64,000 bases of DNA from an uncultured Candidatus Rokubacteria bacterium (lineage in GTDB: Bacteria; Methylomirabilota; Methylomirabilia; Rokubacteriales; CSP1-6): assembly GCA_963771355.1 (NCBI GenBank), contig CAVYTA010000006.1:1312001-1376000 (forward strand). The letters run 5' to 3'. Positions 11,443 to 23,321 of the stretch are shown in pieces; the stretch's first letter is position 1; each line of letters starts with the position of its first letter. Under the pieces are notes generated by a model, which worked only from the letters and a program-made list of their open reading frames with translations, did no database searches and was not told the DNA's origin. The position numbers were made by a program, and so were the translations under genes.

Positions 11443-12657
11443 TTACGTCGTGTACTTCGAGTTGAGCCGGACGTACTCCTCGGTGAGGTCCGAGGTCCAC
11501 ACGGAGTCCTCGCCGCGGCCAAGCCCGAGCTCGATGCCGATGCTGTATTCGCCGCCCCGCATGGTAGCCTCCACGCGGTCCATGCGCGCGCCCGGCCGGA
11601 GCATCCCGCGCTCCACGATGCGCTCCTCGCCGATCTGGATGGCCACCCGGTCGGCGGCGACCTTGGCGGTCGACTTGCCCAGCGCCATCATGATGCGCCC
11701 CCAGTTGGGGTCGGCGCCACAGATGGCGGTCTTGACCAGGGGCGAGTTGGCCACGCTGCGGGCGGCGATCAGCGCCTCTCGGCGCGTGCGGGCTCCCGAC
11801 ACGCGCACCTGCACCAGCTTGGTGGCGCCCTCGCCGTCCTGCACCAGCATCTTGGCCAGCTTCTCGGCCACGGCCTCGAGCGCCTGGCGGAACTGCCGCA
11901 GCCCCCGGCCGCTGCGCTCCAGCGGCGCGTTCTCGGCCAGCCCGTTGGCGAGCACCGCCACCGTGTCGCTGGTGGACTCGTCGCCGTCCACCGTCACGCG
12001 GTTGAAGGACCGATCCATGGCGCGCCGGAGCGAGATCTGGAGCGCGTCGGCCGCGATCACGGCATCGGTGGCGAGGAAGCAGAACATGGTCGCCAGGTGC
12101 GGTTCGAGCATGGCCACGCCCTTGGCGATACCGCCGATGGTCACCGGCCGGCCTCCGATCTCCACCCGGAGCGCGGCCTCCTTCGGCATGGTGTCGGTGG
12201 TCATGATGGCCTCGGCCGCGCTCCGGCTCCCCTGCGGCGACAGCGCCTTCACCAGCTTGGGCAGGCTCGCCCGCACCTTGTCCATCGGCATCGGCTGGCC
12301 GATCACGCCGGTGGCCGCGATGAGGACGCGCTGGGCGGGAATACGCAGGTGCTCGCCCACGATCTTGGTCATCTCCCGCGCGTCCCGGATCCCCTGCTCG
12401 CCCGTGCAGACGTTGGAGCACCCGGAGGACGCCACGATGGCCTGGGCCTGACCGCCCTTGACGTGGTCGCGGGACACCAGCACCGGCGCGCCCTTGACCT
12501 GGTTCGTCGTGAACACCGCCGCCGCCCGCGCGGGCGACGAGGAGTAGATGAGGGCGAGGTCCTTCTTGCCGCTGGGCTTGATGCCGGCGGTGACGCCGGC
12601 GGCGAGGATGCCGGGGACGGCGGTGATACCGCCGTCGAGCCACTGGATGTCGGCCAT
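11443..12657 (-). CDS. argJ: Bifunctional ornithine acetyltransferase/N-acetylglutamate synthase
   Basis: AIMTTDT, KGVAMLEPHLATM (autocleavage AT), STSD, DGEGATK, DPNWGRI. Confidence 0.96.
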   Translation of the reverse strand: MADIQWLDGGITAVPGILAAGVTAGIKPSGKKDLALIYSSSPARAAAVFTTNQVKGAPVLVSRDHVKGGQAQAIVASSGCSNVCTGEQGIRDAREMTKIVGEHLRIPAQRVLIAATGVIGQPMPMDKVRASLPKLVKALSPQGSRSAAEAIMTTDTMPKEAALRVEIGGRPVTIGGIAKGVAMLEPHLATMFCFLATDAVIAADALQISLRRAMDRSFNRVTVDGDESTSDTVAVLANGLAENAPLERSGRGLRQFRQALEAVAEKLAKMLVQDGEGATKLVQVRVSGARTRREALIAARSVANSPLVKTAICGADPNWGRIMMALGKSTAKVAADRVAIQIGEERIVERGMLRPGARMDRVEATMRGGEYSIGIELGLGRGEDSVWTSDLTEEYVRLNSKYTT

Positions 12658-12665
12658 GCCGGCGC

Positions 12666-13718
12666 CTACGGGTAGACGGGGGGCGCTTCGAGCCCGCTCC
12701 GCTCGTCCCAGCCCATCATGATGTTGAGGCTCTGGATCCCGTTGGCGGAGCCGCCCTTGCCCAGGTTGTCGAGAGCGGAAACGCAGACCGCGCGCCGCGT
12801 GCGCACATCCACGACCACGGTGACGTCGCAGAAGTTGGAGCCCACGATGTGACGCGTGGTGGGCTTCTCGCCTTCCGGGAGCACCCGCACGAAGGGCTCC
12901 CCCGCGTAGAATTCCCCGTACAGGCTCACCAGGTCGGCGGTGGAGGCGCTCCGCGTGAGCGGCACCGAGGCGGTGGTGAAGAGCCCGCGGTTCATCGGCA
13001 GCAGATGCGGGGTGAAGGCGACCACCACCGGCCCGCCCGCCAGCGCGGACAGCTCCTGCTCCATCTCGGCCGTGTGCCGGTGGGTGCCGCCGAGACCATA
13101 GGCCTGCACGTTCTCGTTGGCCTCGGTGTAGAGGTACATGGGCTCGATCTTCCGGCCCTGCGCTCCCGCTCCCGTCACGCCCGACTTGCCGTCGATCACG
13201 ATGCCCTCGCGCGAGCCGAGCCCGCTCTTGAGCAGGGGCGCGGTGGCGAGAATGGCGCCCATCGGATAGCAGCCCGGCGAGGCGACCAGGCCGGCCTGGG
13301 CGATCGCCTTGCGATGCAGCTCGGGCAGCCCGTACACCGCCTCCGCGAGCCCGGCGGCATCGACGTGCGGGGCCTTGTACCAGGTGACGTAGAGCGAGCC
13401 GTCGCGGAGCCGATAGTCCGCGGAGAGGTCCACGACCTTTCGCCCCAGACGGCGTAGCACCGGCACCGCCCGCTGCGACTCCATGTGCGGCAGCGCGAGG
13501 AAGACGAGGTCCGCCTCCCCGGCGATCCGCTCGGCATCGACCTCCTGGAAGACCAGCGAGGAGAGACCGCGGAGATGCGGGTACACCTTGTCCAGGCGCT
13601 CGCCGGCGAGCCGCTCGGAGGTGACGGCGGTGAGCTGGACCTGGGGATGGACGGTCAGGAGGCGGAGGAGCTCCGCCCCCATGTACCCGCTCGCCCCCGC
13701 CACCGCCACCCGCAGCAT
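12666..13718 (-). CDS. argC: N-acetyl-gamma-glutamyl-phosphate reductase
   Basis: Start ATG 13718; GASGYMG, DLSADYRL, PGCYP, SGVTGAG, DNLGKG. Confidence 0.97.
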   Translation of the reverse strand: MLRVAVAGASGYMGAELLRLLTVHPQVQLTAVTSERLAGERLDKVYPHLRGLSSLVFQEVDAERIAGEADLVFLALPHMESQRAVPVLRRLGRKVVDLSADYRLRDGSLYVTWYKAPHVDAAGLAEAVYGLPELHRKAIAQAGLVASPGCYPMGAILATAPLLKSGLGSREGIVIDGKSGVTGAGAQGRKIEPMYLYTEANENVQAYGLGGTHRHTAEMEQELSALAGGPVVVAFTPHLLPMNRGLFTTASVPLTRSASTADLVSLYGEFYAGEPFVRVLPEGEKPTTRHIVGSNFCDVTVVVDVRTRRAVCVSALDNLGKGGSANGIQSLNIMMGWDERSGLEAPPVYP

Positions 13719-13729
13719 CGGCAATCTCC

Positions 13730-14125
13730 CTACCGCTTCGAGTACTGGAACTTCGACCGCGCGCCTGGCTGGCCGTACTTCTTCCGCTCCTTCATCCGCG
13801 GATCGCGGGTGAGGAGGCCGGCCCGCTTGAGCGCCTGCCGGAGCTTCTCGTCGAACTCGAGCAGAGCCCGCGAGATGCCGTGCCGGACGGCGCCGGCCTG
13901 ACCGGTGGGGCCCCCGCCGCCGACGTTGATGTTGGCGTCGAATTGCCCCAGCAGGTTCGTGAGCTGAAGCGGCTGGCAGATGATCATCCGCAGCGTCTCG
14001 CGCGGGAAGTAATCCTCGAAGGCCCGCTTGTTCACCCGGATATTGCCGTTGCCCTGCTTGAGCCACACGCGCGCCACGGAAGTCTTCCGCCGCCCGGTCC
14101 CGTAAAACAGCATCGCCTCAGCCAT
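13730..14125 (-). CDS. rpsI: 30S ribosomal protein S9
   Basis: [35 protein letters not shown]...QYSKR. Confidence 0.99.
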   Translation of the reverse strand: MAEAMLFYGTGRRKTSVARVWLKQGNGNIRVNKRAFEDYFPRETLRMIICQPLQLTNLLGQFDANINVGGGGPTGQAGAVRHGISRALLEFDEKLRQALKRAGLLTRDPRMKERKKYGQPGARSKFQYSKR

Positions 14126-14165
14126 ATGCTCGGTCGCTCCTTAGCCTACTTGGGCCTGCTTGGGC

Positions 14166-14612
14166 TTACTTGGCCGCGCGGCCGGCCGCGGCCAGCGGCT
14201 CGGGCTTCTGGGCGGCATGCGGATGAACGGTTCCCCGGTACACCTTGAGCTTCTTCGCCATGGCCCGGCCGAGCCGGCCCTTGGGAAGCATGCCCTGCAC
14301 GGCCCACTCGATGACACGCTCGGGATGGGTCTTGATCATCTTGTCGGCGCTCACTTCGCGCAGACCGCCGATATAGCCGGTGTGCCACCGGTACATCTTC
14401 TCGGTCATCTTGCGCCCGGTGAGCTGCACCTTCTCGGCGTTGACCACCACCACGTGGTCCCCCACGTCCAGGTGAGGCGCGAAGATCGGCTTGTGCTTCC
14501 CTCTCAAGATGGTCGCCACCTGAGTGGCGAGACGACCCAGCACGCGGCCCTCGGCGTCAACTAGGAACCACTTGCGGTCGATCGAGTCTTCCTTCGGCAT
14601 GACGGTCGGCAT
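14166..14612 (-). CDS. rplM: 50S ribosomal protein L13
   Basis: LGRLAT...[20 protein letters not shown]. Confidence 0.99.
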   Translation of the reverse strand: MPTVMPKEDSIDRKWFLVDAEGRVLGRLATQVATILRGKHKPIFAPHLDVGDHVVVVNAEKVQLTGRKMTEKMYRWHTGYIGGLREVSADKMIKTHPERVIEWAVQGMLPKGRLGRAMAKKLKVYRGTVHPHAAQKPEPLAAAGRAAK

Positions 14613-14640
14613 GATTCCTCCCCGAATTCAGCAACACGCC

Positions 14641-14669
14641 ATACTACGGGCCGTCCTCAAATCTGTCAA
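14641..14669 (-). promoter_or_regulatory. Sigma70-type promoter of the rplM operon
   Basis: TTGACA-N17-TAGTAT. Confidence 0.8.
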
Positions 14670-15379
14670 CCCTTTCGTACCTTTCTCCCCCGATCGGCGT
14701 CTCCTTTGACCGCGGGCTTCGGTCCCGCCGGCGGTGTCTTGCCGGGCCACGGACAGAGCGCGCGGACCCCGCATTCCGGGCACTTGGGGGCCCGCGCCTG
14801 ACAGGTACGCCGACCATGCCAGATGAGGAGATGGCTGGCCTCGGTGAGTCGGTCCGGCGGGAAGAGGGCCACGAGGTCGTCGTGGATCTTCTCCGGGTCG
14901 GTGGCCCGAGTGAGACCCAGGCGCTGGGAGACCCGCGTCACGTGGGTGTCCACCGCGAGGGCCGGAATCCCGAAGGCGTTGCCCAGCACCACGTTGGCGG
15001 TCTTGCGTCCCACTCCGGGGAGCTGGGTCAGCTCGTCGAGCACGCGCGGCACCTCGCCGCCGTGGCGCTCCACCAGCGCCCGAGCCATGCCGAGGATGGA
15101 CTTGGCCTTGGCGCGATAGAACCCGGTGGAGTGGATCTCGCGCTCGAGTCGCGCGGGCGGGATCGCCGCCCAGTCGCGCGCGGTGCGGTACTTCGGGAAG
15201 AGCCCGGCGGTGACCTGGTTGACCCGTTGATCCGTACACTGAGCGGAGAGAATCGTCGCCACCAGGAGCTCGAGCGGGGTGGACGACTCGAGCTCGATCC
15301 GCGCGTCGGGATACATCCGGGCGAGCCCGTCGAGGATGAGGCGGGCACGGCGCTTCCGGTCGGCGAGGGATTCCGCCAT
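14666..15379 (-). CDS. nth: Endonuclease III
   Basis: LVATILSAQCTD, LPGVGRKTANVV HhH, VDTHV, C-X6-C-X2-C-X5-C Fe-S motif. Confidence 0.97.
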   Translation of the reverse strand: MAESLADRKRRARLILDGLARMYPDARIELESSTPLELLVATILSAQCTDQRVNQVTAGLFPKYRTARDWAAIPPARLEREIHSTGFYRAKAKSILGMARALVERHGGEVPRVLDELTQLPGVGRKTANVVLGNAFGIPALAVDTHVTRVSQRLGLTRATDPEKIHDDLVALFPPDRLTEASHLLIWHGRRTCQARAPKCPECGVRALCPWPGKTPPAGPKPAVKGDADRGRKVRKG

Positions 15380-15395
15380 CGGGGCTCCTTTCGGC

Positions 15396-15767
15396 TCAGC
15401 GCGTCGCCGCGCCGGCCTCGCCGCCGATCTCCAAGCGGCCGGGAAGTATGCGCGGGGTGGCCAGCGTGACCGCGACCGGCAGGCGGCGCAGCCGGGGCGT
15501 GGGGTCGAGGTGGTGCCACACCCCGTCGACCACGAGGGAAGGGAGCCGCAACCCTCCCACGCGCACCCCCTCCACCGCGAGGGCGAAGGGCACGCCGTCG
15601 CGGCCGGGCAGAAGGCGCACCCGCGCGGTCACCGCGAGCCATTCGAGCGCCACGCCGGCGCGCGCGATCCCGTCCTCCAGCACGAGCGTGGCGCGCCGAA
15701 GCCGCACCCCGGCGAGGATGAGCAGGAGGAGGGCGAGCAGGCCGGCGTCCCGTCGCGCGGTGGACAC
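15396..15767 (-). CDS. Hypothetical protein with N-terminal hydrophobic segment
   Basis: Fills gap between HIT gene and nth in the same orientation; no recognised motif. Confidence 0.55.
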   Translation of the reverse strand: MSTARRDAGLLALLLLILAGVRLRRATLVLEDGIARAGVALEWLAVTARVRLLPGRDGVPFALAVEGVRVGGLRLPSLVVDGVWHHLDPTPRLRRLPVAVTLATPRILPGRLEIGGEAGAATR

Positions 15768-15788
15768 GGGTCTCGGCGGTGCCCGCGG

Positions 15789-16217
15789 CTAGCGGGGCGC
15801 GCCCAGGGCCCGGCGGATCGCCTCGATACGCGCGGCGACCTCGTCGGCGGGGAGCGTCGACGGCTCGTGCTGCACCCGCCACACCGGCCATTGCGGCTCC
15901 GGGTCTCCGGCCAGGCGCGGCACCAGGTGCCAGTGGATATGGGCCACCTGGTTGCCGAGGAGCTCGTAGTTCATCTTCACCGGCTGATACACCTGGGCCA
16001 GGGCCCGCGCCATCCAGCTCACGTCCTCGACCACGCGGGCGCGCTCGGCTCGGGACAGCTCGTAGAGCTCCCGCGCGTGCCAGCGCAGCACCACGAACAC
16101 CCAGCCCGGGAAGAACTGGTCGGGATTGAAATAGGCGCGGCAGGCGTCGAGGTCGGCGATGAAGTGCTCGCCCTCTCCCGCCACCCGCTCACACAGCACG
16201 CAGGCGGGCTCGCTCAT
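15789..16217 (-). CDS. HIT family hydrolase
   Basis: Start ATG 16217; N-terminal CxxC, HIHWHLVPR histidine triad. Confidence 0.9.
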   Translation of the reverse strand: MSEPACVLCERVAGEGEHFIADLDACRAYFNPDQFFPGWVFVVLRWHARELYELSRAERARVVEDVSWMARALAQVYQPVKMNYELLGNQVAHIHWHLVPRLAGDPEPQWPVWRVQHEPSTLPADEVAARIEAIRRALGAPR

Positions 16218-17359
16218 CACGGCCGCTCCGAGAGGAAGCGGCCGAGGCGGACCAGGGCCTCCTCGATCCGCGCGAGGGAGTTCGCGTAGGCGAAGCGCAG
16301 ATAGCCCTCCGCGTTCCGCCCGAAGTCCACCCCCGGCGTCACCGCCACGTGGGTGCGCTCGAGGATGTCGAACGCGAAGGCGAGCGAGTCCCCGGTGTAG
16401 CGGCGGGCGTTGGCCAGCACGTAGAAGGCTCCCGTGGGCGGGGCGGCCACGCCGAGGCCGATGCGGCGCAGCCCCGCCACCATGGCCCGGCGGCGCTCGT
16501 CGAAGACCCGGCGGAAGCCGGCCGCCTCCGCGCCCGCCTCGCGGAGGGCGGTCAGCGCCGCCCACTGGACGAACTCGTTGCTGGAGATGAAGAAGTTCCC
16601 GTGCAGCGCGGTGAGAGTCGCCATGAACTCGGGCGGGGCGATCACGTACCCGCACCGCCAGCCCGTCATCGCGTACGCCTTGGAGAAGCCGTTGAGCACG
16701 AAGGCCCGATCGGTGAACTCCAGGATCGTGTGCTCCGGCCCTTCGTAGGTGAGCCCGTGGTAGATCTCATCGGAGACGATCCAGGGACCGAGGCGCGCCA
16801 GCGCCGCCATGCGCTCCGGCGCCAGCACCGTCCCGGTGGGATTGGCGGGCGAGTTGATGAGAATGGCCCGGGTCCGCGGGGTGAGCGCCGCCGCCACCGC
16901 CTCCGGCCGGAGCTGGAACCCGTCGGTCTCGTGGACGTCGACGAAAACGGGCTCCGCCTCCGCGTACTTCACGAACTTCGGATAGCAGGCGTAATGCGGG
17001 TCGGAGAGGATGACCTCGTCGCCGCGCTCGAGCAGGGCGCCGAAGAGCAGCAGCATGGCGGGCGACGTTCCCGCGGTGACCAGGATGCGGTCCGGCGACA
17101 CGTCCACGTCATACCGCGTCCGGTAGTGCTCGGCGATGGCCTCGCGCAGCGGAAGGATGCCCAGGGTGTGAGCGTAGCGGGTGCGGCCGTCCTTCAGCGC
17201 CTTCTCGGCCGCCTCCCGGATCACCGACGGCGTCTCGAAGTCGGGCTCGCCGAACTCGAGGTGGATGACATCGACGCCGGCCCGCTCCAGCGCCTGCGCG
17301 CGCTGGAACACCTCCACCGCGAGAAACGGCTCGATCTCCCGGGCCCGGCGCGCGATCAC
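16217..17359 (-). CDS. PLP-dependent aminotransferase class I/II
   Basis: Start GTG 17359; GEPDF, NSPANPTG, SDEIY, GFSKAYAMTGWRCG. Confidence 0.95.
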   Translation of the reverse strand: MIARRAREIEPFLAVEVFQRAQALERAGVDVIHLEFGEPDFETPSVIREAAEKALKDGRTRYAHTLGILPLREAIAEHYRTRYDVDVSPDRILVTAGTSPAMLLLFGALLERGDEVILSDPHYACYPKFVKYAEAEPVFVDVHETDGFQLRPEAVAAALTPRTRAILINSPANPTGTVLAPERMAALARLGPWIVSDEIYHGLTYEGPEHTILEFTDRAFVLNGFSKAYAMTGWRCGYVIAPPEFMATLTALHGNFFISSNEFVQWAALTALREAGAEAAGFRRVFDERRRAMVAGLRRIGLGVAAPPTGAFYVLANARRYTGDSLAFAFDILERTHVAVTPGVDFGRNAEGYLRFAYANSLARIEEALVRLGRFLSERP

Positions 17360-18102
17360 CGCGTCCCCTTCCCCGCCCCGCCACCGAGCCGCAGTCGCGC
17401 CGCGACGATCTGGACGAGCATGCGCGGTCCGTCCCGGAAGACGCCGACCTTGGAGCCGGGCTGGTCGGTCCAGTTGACGGGGACCTCCGCGATCCGGTAG
17501 CCCCGCCGCTCCGCGCGCAGCACCAGCTCCACGTCGAACCCGAAGCCGTCGGTACGGAGGACGCCGAAGAGGTCGTCCGCCACCCCACCCCGGAAGAGCT
17601 TGAAGCCGCACTGGGTGTCCATCACCTGGCGCACCCCGAGGGCGCGCGTGGCGGCGATGAACACTCGCCCGAACCACCGGCGGTGCACGCGGGCCCGCAC
17701 CATCACGGACGGGTCGGCAAGCACCCGCGAGGCCACCGCGAGGTCCGCGCCGTCCTGAACGGCCACCTCCAGGCGCTTCACCTCCGCGATGGGTGTGGCC
17801 CCGTCCGCGTCGGCCATCAGGCGGAGAGCCCCGCGGGCGCGGAGCATCCCGGCCCGCACCGCCGCGCCCTTGCCCCGATTGGTCCCGAGGCGCAGGACGC
17901 CCACCGCGGTGTGCGCCGCCCACTCCTCCCGCACCCGGTCCGCGGTATCGTCGGTGCTCCCGTCGTCCACCACCAGCACCTCGTAGGGCTCGTCGCGCCC
18001 GTCGAAGTAGCCCGTCACCTCTCGGAGATAGCGCGGGAGGCGGCGCGCCTCATTGTAGGCGGGAATGACCACGGACCAGCGGAGGGCGGGGGGCGTCGCC
18101 AC
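17356..18102 (-). CDS. GT2 glycosyltransferase (dolichyl-phosphate beta-glucosyltransferase-like)
   Basis: Start GTG 18102; VVIPAYNE, VDDGSTD, GKGAAV, DADG, DTQCGFKLF. Confidence 0.92.
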   Translation of the reverse strand: MATPPALRWSVVIPAYNEARRLPRYLREVTGYFDGRDEPYEVLVVDDGSTDDTADRVREEWAAHTAVGVLRLGTNRGKGAAVRAGMLRARGALRLMADADGATPIAEVKRLEVAVQDGADLAVASRVLADPSVMVRARVHRRWFGRVFIAATRALGVRQVMDTQCGFKLFRGGVADDLFGVLRTDGFGFDVELVLRAERRGYRIAEVPVNWTDQPGSKVGVFRDGPRMLVQIVAARLRLGGGAGKGTR

Positions 18103-18113
18103 GCGCGGCCGGC

Positions 18114-19553
<1,440 letters not shown>

Positions 19554-19635
19554 TGGGACCCTCTCGAGGCCGCGGTTGGATCACCCGTTCTACCGCCTCT
19601 GCCGGGGTGGAATGGCTCCCGGACCCGCCCTGCCG

Positions 19636-19664
19636 TTGACCGGACGTGGGGGCCATGGTATCCC
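19636..19664 (+). promoter_or_regulatory. Sigma70-type promoter of the yceI-like gene (likely leaderless)
   Basis: TTGACC-N17-TATCCC with extended TG; GTG at 19671 is 6 nt downstream. Confidence 0.6.
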
Positions 19665-19670
19665 AACCGC

Positions 19671-20252
19671 GTGCTTTTGCGAATGGTTCTGGCGGGGCTC
19701 GTCCTCGCCCTCATCACTCCTTCCGCCGAGGCGCAGTCCCGCCGCTGGGTGCCGGTCCCCGGCAAGAGCGTGGTCGCCTTCGAGGCCACGCACCGGCTGG
19801 GGGACTTCCGCGGCAGCTCCGATACCGTCACCGGCGAGTTCGAGGCCGATCCTGCCGAGATCCGGGCGGGTTTCACGGGGACCCTGCGCGTGCCCGTCGC
19901 GGCGCTGAGGACTGGCGACGCCGGGCGCGACCGAGACATGCGGAAGCTGCTCCGCGCGGACACCCACAAGGTGATCCGCTACACCATCGGGGGCAGCGAC
20001 GCCTCGTTCCATGCCCTCACCGCCACTGCGGACGTGCTCCTGACCATCAAGGGCGCGCTGGAAGTCCGCGGGGTGGAGCGGCCGCTCGTCTTCCTCGCCC
20101 GGGCCCGCCTGGTCGGCGACCGTATCTGGGTGCGGGGCGAGTCGCGCCTGCGACTCACCGACTTCGGCATCGAGCCGCCGCGCCGCCTGCTGTTCCGGGT
20201 GGGCAACGAGGTGGCGGTCAGCTTCGATGTGACGCTCCAGCCTGGAAACTGA
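19671..20252 (+). CDS. YceI family exported lipid/polyisoprenoid-binding protein
   Basis: Signal peptide (AEA-Q), LRTGDAGRDRDM, GALEVRGVER, LTDFGIEPP; alternative ATG 19683. Confidence 0.88.
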   Translation: MLLRMVLAGLVLALITPSAEAQSRRWVPVPGKSVVAFEATHRLGDFRGSSDTVTGEFEADPAEIRAGFTGTLRVPVAALRTGDAGRDRDMRKLLRADTHKVIRYTIGGSDASFHALTATADVLLTIKGALEVRGVERPLVFLARARLVGDRIWVRGESRLRLTDFGIEPPRRLLFRVGNEVAVSFDVTLQPGN

Positions 20253-21455
20253 TCAGAGTGCGCGGCGCAGGAGATCCAGGGCCAGGGTGGCCGCGCGAAT
20301 GCGGAGCGAGGCGCGGTCACCCCCGAATCGATGCTCCCGCGTCTCGGTCTTCCCGGCGCCCGCCACCGCCAGGCAGATGAGGGTGACGGGCGGGGACGAG
20401 TCCGGGACGTCCTCGAAGTAGGTCGCCAGTCCCCACTCCACGCCGCTCCAGCCGCGCACCACCTCGGCCAGGCGACCGGCGCGGCTCGCCGCGTCCGGGA
20501 GGACGGCGAGATCGGTGCCGAGCCGGGTCGCGTCCGTCGCAGCTCCCAGGATCACGCCGGTCGCGAAGCCCGCACCGACCCCGGTGGCGAGCCGCTCGGT
20601 CACCGAGCCCCCGCTGCCCAGCTCGGCCGCCGCCACCCGCGTCCGCGCACCGGCCAGGCGCTCGGCAATCTGGCTCTCGAGGGTGTCGGCGTCCGCCCCG
20701 AACACCACCTCGCCCAGCCGCTGCCGGATCTCTGCCTCGACGGGCGCGATGAGCCGGGCCGCCTCGTCGCCATCGGCGCCCTTGGCGGCAATGCGCACGT
20801 CCACCTGCCCCAGATGGGCGAGGGTGCCCACGGTGGGGTTGCCTCCCTTCTCCATGAAGTCCGCGATCGCCTCGCCGATGCGACTCTCACCCAGCCCCAC
20901 CGTCTTGAGCACCCGCAACCGGATCTCGCCCTCGATCTTGTACCGGTCCCGCAAGTAGGGCATGACCCGCGTTCGGAGAAGATGCTGCATCTCGCGCGGG
21001 ACCCCCGGCAGCGTGATCACGCAGCCCGGTCCGGCCTCCACGATGAAGGCGGGCGCGGTGCCTACCGGGTTCTCGATGGGGATGGCCCCGGCGGGGATAT
21101 AGGCCTGACGCTGATTGGAGGGCGACAGCTTGAATCCGCGAGCCGCAAAGAAGGCCTCGATCTGGGTCATCAGGTGCGCCGAGAACACCAGCTCCCGGTC
21201 GGTGGCGGCGGCCACCGCCTCCCGAGTGACGTCGTCCAGCGTCGGACCGATGCCGCCCGCGGTTATGACGATCTCCGCTCGGCCCAGGGCCTGGCGAATC
21301 GCGCCCTCGAGGCGGCCGAGATTATCCCCTACCGTGGTCTTGTAGTAGAGATCGACGCCGGCGCCGGCGAGCTCGCGCGCGATGTAAGCGGAGTTCGTGT
21401 CGACGATCTGCCCCAGCAAGAGCTCCGAGCCGACCACCAGGATCTCCGCTCGCAC
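20253..21455 (-). CDS. cinA: CinA-like protein (MoCF-like N-terminal domain; degenerate C-terminal PncC domain)
   Basis: Start GTG 21455 with GGAGGT SD and TGnTATGAT extended -10; GSELLLGQIVDTN, GGIGPTLDDVT, LPGVPREM. Confidence 0.9.
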   Translation of the reverse strand: MRAEILVVGSELLLGQIVDTNSAYIARELAGAGVDLYYKTTVGDNLGRLEGAIRQALGRAEIVITAGGIGPTLDDVTREAVAAATDRELVFSAHLMTQIEAFFAARGFKLSPSNQRQAYIPAGAIPIENPVGTAPAFIVEAGPGCVITLPGVPREMQHLLRTRVMPYLRDRYKIEGEIRLRVLKTVGLGESRIGEAIADFMEKGGNPTVGTLAHLGQVDVRIAAKGADGDEAARLIAPVEAEIRQRLGEVVFGADADTLESQIAERLAGARTRVAAAELGSGGSVTERLATGVGAGFATGVILGAATDATRLGTDLAVLPDAASRAGRLAEVVRGWSGVEWGLATYFEDVPDSSPPVTLICLAVAGAGKTETREHRFGGDRASLRIRAATLALDLLRRAL

Positions 21456-21728
21456 GGACCACCTCCGGGCGGCATCATAGCAGACCTTCGAAAGAGGGCC
21501 CGCCTCACCGAATAGGCTCCACTTCTCGCGCGTCTTTCCCATAGCGCCGCCGCCTGGGAACACCGCCTCACGCGTGGGGGTTCTAGGTCACACGGCGATG
21601 AAACGAAGAGCGGGTTCACGCCCTCTAAACATTAGGTGAACGTGCACATTCAACTGGCAGCGCTGAGATCACGCCCCCGGAACGGGTCAGCAAGGCCGAA
21701 GCGGGCCAACAAGGCCGGAAGGATCGCG

Positions 21729-23321
21729 ATGACCTTTAGGGAAAGCGAAGGCCAAATCTCCCCTGATACTGTAGCTGTTTGGGCGGGAGCACCTACGACG
21801 CGGCGTAAGGATCGCGCGAGCGGGCCCTCCATCGGCCCCCGATTGGTGGCTCGCCGCAAGCCCTCGCTCCTGGCTCCGGTCGCGCTCGGCGAGGGGCTTC
21901 CCGGCGCCCTGCCCGATGCGGGAGACGACGAGGTCGAGAGCCCGGTGGCGGTAGTGCACGCCGCGGAGGAGCCCGGCCTCAGCGAGGAGGCGCTCCGTCC
22001 CTCGCCGGCCGAGGGCGAGGACCCGGTACGGATTTACCTGAAGGAGATCGGCAAGGTCCCCCTGCTGACCGCGCGGCAGGAGGTCGAGCTCGGCCAGCGG
22101 ATCGAGGCGGGCCAGATCAAGCTGCGTGGCGCCCTGGCTGACATCCCCCTGGCGATCGGCCGGCTGCTCACGCTGGTGGACGGGGTGCGGCGCGGCGAGG
22201 TCCCCCTCGACGACGTCATCATCCTGCCCGAGGGCGGCGAGCCCGCCCCCGAGCAGGTCAAGCCGATGATGGCTGCCTTCGCCCGGATCCGGCGCCTCGA
22301 GCGCGAGTCCGAGCGTATCCGGGTCTCGCTCGCGACCAAGCGTCGGGCGGCCGCCTCCACGCGGGCGAGCTACCGCGACTGGATCGCCCAGAACCGGGCC
22401 TCGGTCCGCGGCATCGTCGAGCGACTTCCCCTCAAGCCGGCGCTGGTGGACGGGTTCGTCGCCGAGGTACGCCGCGTCGCCGGCTCGATGCGGGTCGCGC
22501 GCGACGGCGCGGAGCTGCGCGGGCTCGAAGCGCAGGCGGGCCTGGCGCGGAAGCCGCTGCTGACCGCCCTCGCCGAGCTCGAGCAGCACGATCGCGTGGT
22601 TCGCCAGGCCAAGAAGGAGCTGATGGAGGCCAACCTCCGGCTGGTGGTCTCGGTGGCCAAGCGCTATCTCGGGAGCGAGCTGTCCCTCCTCGACCTCGTC
22701 CAGGAAGGCAACCTCGGGCTCATGAAGGCGGTGGATCGCTTCCAGTACCGGCGCGGGTTCAAGTTCTCGACCTATGCCACGTGGTGGATCCGGCAGGCCA
22801 TCACCCGTGCCATCGCCGACCACTCGCGCACCATCCGCATCCCCGTGCACATGGTGGAGACGCTCAACCGCATCTCGCGCGTGAACCGGACCATGCTCAA
22901 CGAGATGGGCCGCGAGCCCACGCCCGAGGAGCTGGCCCGGCGCACCGGCGTGCCGGCGCGGAAGGTCCGGCTCATTCTGGAGTCGTCGCGGAAGCCGCTG
23001 TCGCTGGAAACACCCATCGGAGAGGACTCCGACCTGGGCGATTTCCTGGAGGACAAGTCGGCCGAGTCCCCCAACGACACCCTGATCAGCCAGGACCTCA
23101 CGCATCAGGTCGAGCGCGCGCTGGGCACGCTCTCGCCCAAGGAGAAGGAGATCCTCCGCCTCCGCTTCGGCATCGGCGAGGAAGGCGAGCACACCCTCGA
23201 GGAAGTGGGCAAGCGCTTCGCAGTCACGCGCGAGCGAATCCGACAGATCGAGACCAAGGCCCTGCGCAAGCTGCGTCATCCGCTGCGCGGCCGCGCCCTC
23301 AAAGCCTTCGTCGAGAACTAG
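21729..23321 (+). CDS. RpoD-like sigma-70 factor paralog (regions 1.2, NCR, 2, 3, 4; no recognisable region 1.1)
   Basis: [67 protein letters not shown]; start uncertain (21636 or 21729). Confidence 0.93.
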   Translation: MTFRESEGQISPDTVAVWAGAPTTRRKDRASGPSIGPRLVARRKPSLLAPVALGEGLPGALPDAGDDEVESPVAVVHAAEEPGLSEEALRPSPAEGEDPVRIYLKEIGKVPLLTARQEVELGQRIEAGQIKLRGALADIPLAIGRLLTLVDGVRRGEVPLDDVIILPEGGEPAPEQVKPMMAAFARIRRLERESERIRVSLATKRRAAASTRASYRDWIAQNRASVRGIVERLPLKPALVDGFVAEVRRVAGSMRVARDGAELRGLEAQAGLARKPLLTALAELEQHDRVVRQAKKELMEANLRLVVSVAKRYLGSELSLLDLVQEGNLGLMKAVDRFQYRRGFKFSTYATWWIRQAITRAIADHSRTIRIPVHMVETLNRISRVNRTMLNEMGREPTPEELARRTGVPARKVRLILESSRKPLSLETPIGEDSDLGDFLEDKSAESPNDTLISQDLTHQVERALGTLSPKEKEILRLRFGIGEEGEHTLEEVGKRFAVTRERIRQIETKALRKLRHPLRGRALKAFVEN

